This document shows, piece by piece, positions 17,327 through 25,473 of a DNA stretch of 64,000 bases. A program made the translations under genes and the position numbers. This stretch comes from Hyphomicrobiales bacterium (GTDB taxonomy: Bacteria > Pseudomonadota > Alphaproteobacteria > Rhizobiales > Aestuariivirgaceae), in the NCBI GenBank assembly GCA_043756645.1, contig JAYUQS010000131.1, forward strand, positions 7,158 through 71,157. Direction: 5' to 3'. Position 1 is the stretch's first letter. The number at the start of each line of letters is the position of its first letter. The notes under the pieces were generated by a model that had not been told where the DNA came from, did no database searches, and was given only the letters and a program-made list of their open reading frames with translations.

Positions 17327-18022
17327 TCAGTCTTCGGCTTGCCCCATAATTGTGCGTCGCCACACCCATGGCGGTTCCACTTCGCCCGACCAAATTCCAC
17401 GCCGTGCTGTGCGGGCTTCGGCTTCAGCGTCAACGAATTCAGTTGAGTATTTTATATAGGCAAAAGCCCATCCGCTGCTGACCAACATGCGGTTGATGGC
17501 GATTTTTCCTGCGGAACAATGGGCCAGCGTGCGGCCATTGCGGTCGCGGCCATCCTCGTCGCAGCGCACGGTTCCTTGTTTGACCAGCAGCTGTAAAACC
17601 TGCTTGGCCCCTTCACCGCAGGGCCATGCTTTGCGTTCCCATGTGATACAGGTCTGGCTGCGTTCGGGCGCGTCGATGCCCTCCAGCCGGATGATTCGTT
17701 TGCCGATTTGCAGGGTGTCACCGTCAATCACCCGCAATTTCTTAGGGTTAGGTAGTGTCGTTGGCACACGGCGCGGTGTAGGTGTTGGAGTCGACAAAAA
17801 CGTTTGCGGCTCTCCGCCTCCGTCATTGCAGGCGCAGCCTGGAGCTTTCCGGCAGGTTTTGCCGGCCGAAATACAACTGTTGCCGCAGGCCTGCGACGAC
17901 CGGCAGACGCGGCAACAGCTTTGCGCTACGCCGGTTGTCGTGTCTGCGGCTAGCCAAGCCAAAGCCAGCACCGCCACGGCGCGTGTTGCGCTATTCCTTG
18001 TTCGGCCAGTCACCACGATCAA
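17327..18022 (-). CDS. Secreted thermonuclease (SNase family) with N-terminal Cys-rich domain
   Basis: Signal-like segment, CCRVCRSSQACGNSCISAGKTCRKAPGCAC, then VIDGDTL...IRLEGIDAPE...DRNGRTLA...GIWSG. Confidence 0.88.
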   Translation of the reverse strand: MIVVTGRTRNSATRAVAVLALAWLAADTTTGVAQSCCRVCRSSQACGNSCISAGKTCRKAPGCACNDGGGEPQTFLSTPTPTPRRVPTTLPNPKKLRVIDGDTLQIGKRIIRLEGIDAPERSQTCITWERKAWPCGEGAKQVLQLLVKQGTVRCDEDGRDRNGRTLAHCSAGKIAINRMLVSSGWAFAYIKYSTEFVDAEAEARTARRGIWSGEVEPPWVWRRTIMGQAED

Positions 18023-18230
18023 TGATCTTTTCGTTGGCGGTGATTTGCAGCCATTGCGGATAAACCGTTGCGGCCACCACCAGCGTGATCAGCGTCCAGC
18101 CGATCCATGACATGTTGGGTAACCAAAAACTGACGCCAAAAGCCACGGCCAAACCAAGGCCGAAGCTTCCAAACGCGATTTTCTCCGAGCCTTTCAGCGT
18201 GAACTTACGAGGTGTTTTGCCTTGGTCCAA
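17991..18230 (-). CDS. Small two-TM membrane protein downstream of cI
   Basis: Two hydrophobic helices; GGGAGG RBS before TTG at 18230. Confidence 0.65.
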   Translation of the reverse strand: MDQGKTPRKFTLKGSEKIAFGSFGLGLAVAFGVSFWLPNMSWIGWTLITLVVAATVYPQWLQITANEKIIDRGDWPNKE

Positions 18231-18258
18231 TGGAGTACCTCCCGTTTGAAAGCTCAAC

Positions 18259-19026
18259 TCAACCGAGAACCCATGACGCTGTCAAGGCCACCGCCACCAC
18301 GCGGCCTTTTTCGTCGTCGCCGTTGAGCAGAATAATTGTTTCGTGTTGCGGGTTGTCGCTTTCGGGCTGCAGTTCCACGCGGTCACGGAACACGCGCAGG
18401 CGCTTGATGGTGCGTTCGCGTTCATGGCCGCCATTGCGTAAAGCTTCCACCACCACAATCTGGCCGTCTGTGGTCTCACGGTGGCGGCGTTCCCATTCTG
18501 AAATCTCGACGGCCAGCACATGCATGCCCTCAAAAATGCGGGCTTTGTTCATGCTGTCGCCCGCCACCAGAAAGGCAAACTGCATCTCGAAGGGGTAACG
18601 CGGATCAGGGGCCACCGGCACGCGCTTGAACTCACCGTCCTGATTCATGGTGTCTACCACGCGCCATGATCCGGCATCAACAATGCCGCCGAATTTGACG
18701 CCGAATGGCTTTCTAGCTGGGATAGGGGGATGTCCCGGCTGGTGTCCGAGCGGAGGTGTTGGCCCGGCTTTCAGTTGCGACAGCGTGGCGTTGATTGTGC
18801 CTGTGGCCCCCATGTCGTCGGTTGATCCCAGCAACCATGATTCGCTCACTTCCAATGTTCGTGCCAGTTTCAAAATGTTTTCGCCGCGTGGCGATGCGGA
18901 TTTTCCGGTGCGGATGTTGCGAATGAACTGCGAATTGCCAACCGCAAGCATAGAAGCCTGACGTTCTGTAAGGCCTATTTCATCAAGCCGCTGTTTGATC
19001 CTGTTGTAAAGCTGGGTGTTTTCCAT
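18259..19026 (-). CDS. cI: CI-like repressor (HTH plus S24 autopeptidase)
   Basis: N-terminal HTH; FLVAGDSM Ser and RERTIKRL Lys catalytic motifs; divergent from a cro-like gene. Confidence 0.9.
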   Translation of the reverse strand: MENTQLYNRIKQRLDEIGLTERQASMLAVGNSQFIRNIRTGKSASPRGENILKLARTLEVSESWLLGSTDDMGATGTINATLSQLKAGPTPPLGHQPGHPPIPARKPFGVKFGGIVDAGSWRVVDTMNQDGEFKRVPVAPDPRYPFEMQFAFLVAGDSMNKARIFEGMHVLAVEISEWERRHRETTDGQIVVVEALRNGGHERERTIKRLRVFRDRVELQPESDNPQHETIILLNGDDEKGRVVAVALTASWVLG

Positions 19027-19106
19027 GGGTAAAATATAACCCTGAACAGCTTTTGTTGCGCCTTGATAAAAATATTCTTGACTGTGAGTTATTTCTAACC
19101 CACATT
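19025..19106. promoter_or_regulatory. OR region: PRM/PR with operators
   Basis: ATGGGTAA-N4-TAACCCTG (19025-19044) and GTGAGTTA-N4-TAACCCAC (19084-19103). The second fills the spacer of PR: TTGACT 19078-19083, CACATT 19101-19106. Confidence 0.75.
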
Positions 19107-19113
19107 GCGGCGC

Positions 19114-19392
19114 ATGAACTACCGTCAACATCTGATCACCCTCATCGAAACCTTTGCAACGGCCAAGGGCATTTCACCCTCGCGTGTCGGCCAAACCTTG
19201 TTTTCCAGCGGTGCCAAATACGCACAATTGGTGGCTGGCGCTGACATCAACGTCGGTCGCTTTGAGGATGCTGTGAAATATCTCGACGCCCATTGGCCCG
19301 CTGATGCGGTGTGGCCTGAGGGTTTGCCGCGCCCATCACTGATCGCCGATGCCAAATCACTCGGCACCCCTGAAACCGTGGAGGCTGCATAA
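19114..19392 (+). CDS. cro: Cro-like regulator
   Basis: Small HTH-like protein divergent from cI, ending WPADAVWPEGLPRP, typical of alphaproteobacterial phage Cro-like proteins. Confidence 0.75.
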   Translation: MNYRQHLITLIETFATAKGISPSRVGQTLFSSGAKYAQLVAGADINVGRFEDAVKYLDAHWPADAVWPEGLPRPSLIADAKSLGTPETVEAA

Positions 19393-19396
19393 CATG

Positions 19397-19675
19397 TCAG
19401 TGTTTGGTCACATAAGCAGCGGATTGCAAAATTTTCGCCGAAAAATCTTCCAGATACTTGAGGGTAAGTTCTGCTTGCTGTCGCGTTTCTGCGGGCGCTT
19501 CTCGCGCCGCCCTGCTGAAACTGCGGGTGACGTTGGTCATGAGGGCTTGTACGCGTTCCGGCCCACCTTCCGGCTCGACGTAAAGCGCCATCATGATTTG
19601 CAACAGCAAAACCTCGTGAACCGCAGCGCGGGCTTCGAGGGCTGCTACATCTGTCTTCAAACTGGTTGTCGTCAT
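19397..19675 (-). CDS. Hypothetical protein antisense to the early-right operon
   Basis: AAGGAGA RBS before MTTTSLKTDV; 92 aa, helical. Confidence 0.6.
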   Translation of the reverse strand: MTTTSLKTDVAALEARAAVHEVLLLQIMMALYVEPEGGPERVQALMTNVTRSFSRAAREAPAETRQQAELTLKYLEDFSAKILQSAAYVTKH

Positions 19676-19769
19676 CAGGGTCTCCTTTGGCAACATGTTG
19701 CCAAAGACGGTAGAGGCGGATTGCACATTCCGCAAGACTGGCTGGACCGCGCTGTAAATCGGGTGTCGC

Positions 19770-20027
19770 ATGTCTGAGAACTGGAAAGCCCGCCACCCCT
19801 TCAAAATCGGCCAGACGGTTTATGCCCGTGAGGCCCATGTGTTGGAAAGCTTCGCGCTGTTTTTGACGGCCGGAAAATCCTACCGCATCGCCATGCTGGG
19901 CGAGGACCGTTACGGCCCCTGGGCTATGATTGAGGGCATTGTTGAATGTCTGCCGGTGCGGCTGCTTCAAGCTGATGCGCCACCCGTGATGATCGCCGTC
20001 TCCGAAGATATGGAAGAGGTGGCGTAA
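19770..20027 (+). CDS. Hypothetical phage protein
   Basis: 85-aa ORF in the rightward early operon. Confidence 0.55.
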   Translation: MSENWKARHPFKIGQTVYAREAHVLESFALFLTAGKSYRIAMLGEDRYGPWAMIEGIVECLPVRLLQADAPPVMIAVSEDMEEVA

Positions 20028-20253
20028 ATGAAGTCCGTTGCGATGTTGTCTCAAACTTCTCGCAACGGCACCTGTGGCAGCGACAGTCCCTTCGCTGTGC
20101 CTTTGGGTTTTGCGCTTCATTGCATCCATCGGCGTTTCCTCCCTGACTTGGCCGGAGTGGTGGTTTTTAAACCCCGCCATTCCGGTTTTTTTCAAGGATC
20201 ACACTAGCACCACCCGTTCACCAGTCTTGGGAATTACAGGAGGCACCCATCCC

Positions 20254-20772
20254 ATGTCGCAGACCATTTCACACCGTCAAATTCCAAAGCGCGAAGCCGA
20301 TGCGCTGAAAGCTGCATCGCATAGTTTGGTTGAAGCCTCAGGCGGCGTTATCAAAGCGGCGGGGCATACGCAAAGCAGCCCGTCTCGGCTGTCCGAAGCC
20401 GTGTCGCCCTGGCATGAAAACCGCTGGCTCTCACTCATCCATGTGGCCGATCTGGAATGTGTGGCGGGCGCTCCGCTGGTCACCCGCGTGCTGGCCCAAA
20501 TGGCGGGTTATGATCTGGTGTCGCAATTAGAAAATGCGCGGCCACAGGATTTTCACCAGCATCTGGCCCACATCATCATTGAAACGGGTGACGTTGAAAG
20601 CCATCTGGCCAAGGCCTTGGAAGATGGTACGGTCACCCGCGCCGAAGCTTTGCAGGGCTTACGCGAAACACAACAGGCCATCGCGCGGTTGCAAAATCTG
20701 GAAGCGGATTTTCGCCGCATTGCGAAAGTCGATGTCAAATCACCTGTCAGCTTGGCGGCGGTGAAACCATGA
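20254..20772 (+). CDS. CII-like phage regulatory protein
   Basis: ALKAASHSLVEASGG...LE...GAPLVTRVLAQMAGY...ALEDGTVTRAE pattern; AGGAGG RBS; lies after cro. Confidence 0.65.
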   Translation: MSQTISHRQIPKREADALKAASHSLVEASGGVIKAAGHTQSSPSRLSEAVSPWHENRWLSLIHVADLECVAGAPLVTRVLAQMAGYDLVSQLENARPQDFHQHLAHIIIETGDVESHLAKALEDGTVTRAEALQGLRETQQAIARLQNLEADFRRIAKVDVKSPVSLAAVKP

Positions 20773-21344
20773 GTTCCACACTGGATTTTCGTTGGAGCGA
20801 CGTGGCCATCACAAAGGTAACCGACTATCTGAAGCAGGGGCTTTCGGCTGGTCAGATCGCCAAGCACTTGGGGTGCAGCCGGAATGCGGTAATTGGCAAA
20901 GCACACAGGCTTGGTTTGCATCTGGGTGCGGGGGTCTCGACGCCCTCACAAAAAAAACCTGTCCCGCGCAAAGTCTCATTGCCTGATGGACATTGGCCTA
21001 AGGTTTACACGCCACCGCCTGAGAAAAACAACAGCCGCATGATGGCGGATAATGCTTTGCGCGCCCGCATCAAAAGGCGCGAGGCGATTGAGCGGGGTGA
21101 GGTGGCACCGCCGAAAGCGCCGGTTTCGATGAGGGCGTTTCTGCCAGGCTATCAAGGTCAAGAGGCGCGCGTATCCAGCGTGCTGACATTGACGTCCGGT
21201 GATTGCAAGTTCCCGATTGATCTGGACGGCGGTGGCACCGGCTTTTGTGGTGACACCCGCGAAGAACACACGTCTTATTGCAAAGCCCATGCCTTGCGCT
21301 GTTTCAACCCCAACTCCGCTGCCATGCGGAATCGTTTTTCATGA
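20769..21344 (+). CDS. gcrA: Phage GcrA-family transcription regulator
   Basis: WSD...GLSAGQIAKHLGCSRNAVIGKAHRLGL and C-terminal LT..DCKFPI...FCG...YCKAH Zn motif. Confidence 0.88.
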   Translation: MSSTLDFRWSDVAITKVTDYLKQGLSAGQIAKHLGCSRNAVIGKAHRLGLHLGAGVSTPSQKKPVPRKVSLPDGHWPKVYTPPPEKNNSRMMADNALRARIKRREAIERGEVAPPKAPVSMRAFLPGYQGQEARVSSVLTLTSGDCKFPIDLDGGGTGFCGDTREEHTSYCKAHALRCFNPNSAAMRNRFS

Positions 21345-21350
21345 GGTGAT

Positions 21351-22067
21351 GTGATGGCTTTTGTAAAATTGATCACGGTCAAGGTGGTTGGCATAACGGG
21401 GGCGTTTCGGTTTAGTAAAAAAGGCAAGGGCATGTTCTTTGTGTCAATGCCATCGGTCATCGCCGGTAAAGCGTGGGATGCGTTTGGGCGCTGCGACATT
21501 GCTGTGGGCGAGGGCGATGACGCTGGCCTGATTCAGATCGCCGCGCATGCTGCGGGGATGTTCAAAATCGGGCGCTTGAAAACCGCACTTGTGTTTCGCG
21601 TGCCACCACAGATCGCATGGGTAGGGGGGGCGTTTGATCCCGTTGCACTTGAAACCGTGGAAAATAAAAATGGTGCGTTGGTGTTGCGGCTGCCGAAACA
21701 ATTGTTCGAAGCACTGACGTTTAATCAGGATGGAAAGCCAACGCCGCATCTGCTGCGTGCGCGTCCTGAGGATCGGATTGTTCCGCCTGCTGCAAAGCCG
21801 GGGGAGCGTCCAAAGCTCTCGATCATCGGCACCACGGTGGAGCTGGGTAAGGCCCGCGTCAAGCTGTCGATGCCGCAATTTAAATTATTTTCAGCCTTGT
21901 GGAAGGCGTGGGGGGAATCCGTGCGCAGCACCGCCCTGCAGGTGGCGATGGGTAATGATGATCACAATCTCGTCAAGGTGTTGGCAACACTCGGCAGGGA
22001 TGTCGAACCGCTTGGCTTGATGATCGAGGTTGTGAGCGGCGGTTACAAACTGATGCTGAAAGCTTAA
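21351..22067 (+). CDS. Hypothetical protein with C-terminal winged-helix (OmpR-C-like) domain
   Basis: VKLSMPQFKLFSALWKAWGESV...GGYKL C-terminus. Confidence 0.55.
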   Translation: MMAFVKLITVKVVGITGAFRFSKKGKGMFFVSMPSVIAGKAWDAFGRCDIAVGEGDDAGLIQIAAHAAGMFKIGRLKTALVFRVPPQIAWVGGAFDPVALETVENKNGALVLRLPKQLFEALTFNQDGKPTPHLLRARPEDRIVPPAAKPGERPKLSIIGTTVELGKARVKLSMPQFKLFSALWKAWGESVRSTALQVAMGNDDHNLVKVLATLGRDVEPLGLMIEVVSGGYKLMLKA

Positions 22068-22071
22068 CGCC

Positions 22072-22671
22072 ATGAGCTTGCACGGTCCCGCTGTCACCAC
22101 GTCTGATATTTTTTACACGCCCGCCCATGCGTCAAACTCACTGCTGGCCTATGCCGATGATGTCGGCCTGTTTCCCAAGAGCGGTAAAATCTGGGAGTGT
22201 GCGGCGGGGCAGGGTCACGTCGCCCGCGTTCTGGCGTCGCGTGGCCATCAGGTTTTGGCCACAGACATTGTGCGGCCGTCCACCTCGGTTTATCCCGTTG
22301 GACAGAAGGATTTTCTCAGCGGTGATGCACCGTCGGGCAAGACCCTCTCCATCGTCACCAACCCGCCCTATGGGCAATCGTCAAAACTCATCATCGCATT
22401 TCTTCAGCGGGCGTTTGAGCTGATGTGCACCAAAAACGGTGCCATCGCCATGCTGGTGCCGTTTGAGTTTGATGCGGCTTGGACCCGCGCTGATCTGGTG
22501 GGTGATCACCCATGGTTCGTCGGCAAGGTCACCTGCAAGCGGCGCATTCGTTGGCTCAATATTCCACAAGTTGAAAACGGTCCGATGGGGTGTCACTCCT
22601 GGCTGTGTTACTCCAATGAACTGGCGGTCATCCGCCGCGCAAGGGCTTTGCCATCGATGGTGGTACGATGA
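22072..22671 (+). CDS. Orphan DNA methyltransferase (N6-adenine type)
   Basis: FYTP, IWECAAGQG SAM-binding motif, IVTNPPYG catalytic motif. Confidence 0.85.
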   Translation: MSLHGPAVTTSDIFYTPAHASNSLLAYADDVGLFPKSGKIWECAAGQGHVARVLASRGHQVLATDIVRPSTSVYPVGQKDFLSGDAPSGKTLSIVTNPPYGQSSKLIIAFLQRAFELMCTKNGAIAMLVPFEFDAAWTRADLVGDHPWFVGKVTCKRRIRWLNIPQVENGPMGCHSWLCYSNELAVIRRARALPSMVVR

Positions 22672-22904
22672 TGGCAAAATCCTGTTTGGTCGCGGGTTGC
22701 ACTGGTAATCCGTCGTTCGGCTGGGGCTTGCCCAGCTGGCGTTCCGGCATCCGTTGGGCGTGTCGCAACCACAAATCACTTTTGAATGCCGCCGTCACGG
22801 GTGCCTCTGTGGCGGCGGTTCAGGTGGCCTCGCAACGCGGGGGCGATTTACCCGTTGCGGGGTCACCATCCATTCCGGCACCACGACAAGGGAGCTTGTT
22901 GTGA
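22668..22904 (+). CDS. Small Cys/His phage protein
   Basis: CLVAGC...SFGWG...WACRNH; overlaps neighbours. Confidence 0.6.
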   Translation: MMAKSCLVAGCTGNPSFGWGLPSWRSGIRWACRNHKSLLNAAVTGASVAAVQVASQRGGDLPVAGSPSIPAPRQGSLL

Positions 22905-23176
22905 TGCAAGCTCCTACCCGTGAAACCTCGTTTGAGATGATCATCAGCAACCCGCTGTTCAAGCGCGGTTATGAACATGGCTGGTCGGGCGAGGAACCCA
23001 TGAACGACCGGGGTTGGATGCCGCATGAAGAAGAGGCTTACGAACGCGGTCGCCAATTCGCCGCCTGGCTGATCGGTGAACGCGAACAGCGCGTGGCGCT
23101 GACACGCGGATATCTGGTGCACCCACGGGCGGAAACCCTGTTGATGCGCGCGATGCATCTGGGCGAGGTGCGGTGA
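22904..23176 (+). CDS. Hypothetical phage protein (gene A of the duplicated block)
   Basis: 90 aa; its 3' third is repeated at 23830-23933. Confidence 0.65.
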   Translation: MQAPTRETSFEMIISNPLFKRGYEHGWSGEEPMNDRGWMPHEEEAYERGRQFAAWLIGEREQRVALTRGYLVHPRAETLLMRAMHLGEVR

Positions 23177-23520
23177 TGAAGGTGACTACCGAAAAACAGT
23201 TGTCGGCGCATGATGTGTTGAAGATGCGTTCTGACAGTCAGCGGGCGGTTTTGGATGCGATGCATTTTGTGCGAGCGCGTCACAATATTTCCGGTGCGTC
23301 TGTGCATTTGTTGTTTCTCTCGCAAATAGTGAATGTTTTCCAGTTGGTTAACCCGTTGGCAACGCAGGAGTTGTTGCGGTGCATGGTGGAAATTCACGCA
23401 GTGCGAGAAAACAAAGACGCGCTCGATACCGTCATTTTAGAATTCGACGCGGTCCAACGCTGGATGTTGCAGTCCTTCGACCTGTTTTATGCACAGCCTG
23501 AAAACGGGGGGCATGCATGA
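23173..23520 (+). CDS. Hypothetical phage protein, allele B1
   Basis: Ends FDLFYAQPENGGHA; paralog of 23927-24274. Confidence 0.7.
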   Translation: MMKVTTEKQLSAHDVLKMRSDSQRAVLDAMHFVRARHNISGASVHLLFLSQIVNVFQLVNPLATQELLRCMVEIHAVRENKDALDTVILEFDAVQRWMLQSFDLFYAQPENGGHA

Positions 23521-23930
23521 CCTTCGACCCCGCTATGGATGATTGGGTGAACCGTGCCCGCGCCGCTGATATCTGGTCGGTGCTGGACCGTTTGCCTGTA
23601 CCGCATACGCTGAAGCTGCGCGGCCACAAGACGGTGGGGCCTTGCCCGGCCTGTGGCGGGCATGACCGCTTCTCGATGGACCGGCGCAAGGGCATTTTCT
23701 TTTGCCGCCGCTCGGCCACCGGGGGCGATGCCATTGCCCTTGTGCAATATCTGACGGGGGCGGATTTCTTCGGTGCTGTTGAAACCATCACCGGCGAGGC
23801 ACCGCCACGCGGTGAACACGGTATTAAAAGTGAATGCGAACAGCGCGTGGCGCTGACACGCGGATATCTGGTGCACCCACGGGCGGAAACCCTGTTGATG
23901 CGCGCGATGCATCTGGGCGAGGTGCGGTGA
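23517..23930 (+). pseudogene. Chimeric ORF: primase Zn-finger N-terminus fused in frame to the gene-A C-terminus
   Basis: MTFDPAMD...GPCPACGGHDRF...PPRGEHGIK followed by EQRVALTRGYLVHPRAETLLMRAMHLGEVR; produced by the duplication junction near 23829. Confidence 0.75.
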
Positions 23931-24274
23931 TGAGGGTTTTGACAGAAAAGGATCTCGGCGCTGACGCTGTTGAGGCATTGAACAAAGAGTGTGTCGATAT
24001 TCTGCTGTCCGCCATGCGGCACATGCAAAGGCGTCACGATGTCAGTGTGCCGTCTGCTCATTTGATGTTCATTTCACGACTGATCGGGTTTGTGCAGTCG
24101 ATTGATCCGGTGTCAACCGACGCCATGTTGCGGGCTTTCACGGCCATTCATGCGGCATCTGAAGATCTGGTGGAACGTGAAGCGGCCAATGCTGAACTCG
24201 GCAAAGCGCAAGACAAACTGTTGCTGGCCTTCGACCTGTTTTATGCGCGGCCTGAAAACGGGGGGCATGCGTGA
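23927..24274 (+). CDS. Hypothetical phage protein, allele B2
   Basis: Ends FDLFYARPENGGHA; same length as B1 but strongly diverged internally. Confidence 0.7.
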   Translation: MMRVLTEKDLGADAVEALNKECVDILLSAMRHMQRRHDVSVPSAHLMFISRLIGFVQSIDPVSTDAMLRAFTAIHAASEDLVEREAANAELGKAQDKLLLAFDLFYARPENGGHA

Positions 24275-25473
24275 GTTTTGATCCCGCCATGGATGAGTGG
24301 GTGAACCGCGCCCGCACCGCTGATATCTGGTCGGTGCTGGAGCGTTTGCCGGTGTCACACGCACTTAAACTGCGCGGCCAGAAAACCGTGGGGCCTTGCC
24401 CGTCTTGTGGCGGTAAGGATCGCTTCTCGATGGACCGGCGCAAGGGCATTTTCTATTGCCGCCGCTCGGACAAGGGCGGCGATGTGATTGCGCTTGTGCA
24501 ATATCTGATGGGGGCTGATTTTCTCGGTGCCGTCGAAACCATCACCGGCGAAGCACCGCCACGCGGTGAACACGGTATCAAACAGGATCGCGCCCTCATC
24601 GAACAGCGCCGCCTGGAACGTCTGGTCGACCAGCAGCGCCGTGATGCTGGGGCTGTGGATTATCGCCAACGCGAAATCGACAAGGCTGCCAAAATCTGGC
24701 GTGAGTCCTTGCCGCTCACAGGTTCGCCGGCTGAATCATATTTGGCATTGCGTGGGTTGGTGGCTCCTGCGGGTGCGCGGCTGCGCTGCCATCCCGCATT
24801 GAAATTCTGGCATTGGAGTGAAGCTGAAAAGCAATTCCGCGTGCTGCATGTGGGGCCCGCCATGGTGGCGCGGATGGATGACAATGCCAACCGTTTTTGC
24901 GGGGCGCATTGCACGTATATCGATTTGTCAAAGCCCAAAGGCAAAGCCGAAATCGTCGATCCTGAAAGCGGTGAAGTGTTGGCTGCCAAAAAGATGCGGG
25001 GGTCTAAAAAGGGTTGTCACATTCACCTCAGCGGCGATCCTGCAACGGCCACGGCGCTCAAGATCGGTGAGGGCAATGAAACCGTGTTGTCAGTGCATAA
25101 TGAAATGCTGCTGGCGGGCAGGGATATTTCAAAGCAGTTGTTCTGGACCTCATGTGACCTTGGCAACCTCGGTGGGCCGGGCGTGGCAACCGTCAAACAC
25201 CCGACTTTGACCCGCACCGATATCAAGGGCCGTGTGCGGGCTTTGAAGGTGCCGGGCCCCGATCCGGCTTGGCCTCAAGGTGAGGGGATATTGATGCCGC
25301 CTGATAATGTCCGCCACATCACCATTCTGGGCGACGGTGACAGCGACCGTTTCTCAACCGAACAACATGTGAAACGCGCAGGCTCCCGTTGGGCCAAACC
25401 GGATCGTGTCATCGCAGCCGCCTGGGCCCCGGTGGGCCTTGATTTCAACAATCTGAAAATGGGGCAAGCGTGA
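24271..25473 (+). CDS. DNA primase (Zn-finger plus Toprim)
   Basis: GPCPSCGGKDRF Zn finger; KIGEGNET and ILGDGD Toprim motifs. Confidence 0.85.
   Translation: MSFDPAMDEWVNRARTADIWSVLERLPVSHALKLRGQKTVGPCPSCGGKDRFSMDRRKGIFYCRRSDKGGDVIALVQYLMGADFLGAVETITGEAPPRGEHGIKQDRALIEQRRLERLVDQQRRDAGAVDYRQREIDKAAKIWRESLPLTGSPAESYLALRGLVAPAGARLRCHPALKFWHWSEAEKQFRVLHVGPAMVARMDDNANRFCGAHCTYIDLSKPKGKAEIVDPESGEVLAAKKMRGSKKGCHIHLSGDPATATALKIGEGNETVLSVHNEMLLAGRDISKQLFWTSCDLGNLGGPGVATVKHPTLTRTDIKGRVRALKVPGPDPAWPQGEGILMPPDNVRHITILGDGDSDRFSTEQHVKRAGSRWAKPDRVIAAAWAPVGLDFNNLKMGQA

Larger units (their letters stand above)
23076..24583 (+). repeat. 754-bp tandem duplication
   Basis: 23076-23179 vs 23830-23933 have 1 mismatch. 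23517-23829 vs 24271-24583 are highly similar. The offset is a constant 754. Confidence 0.92.
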
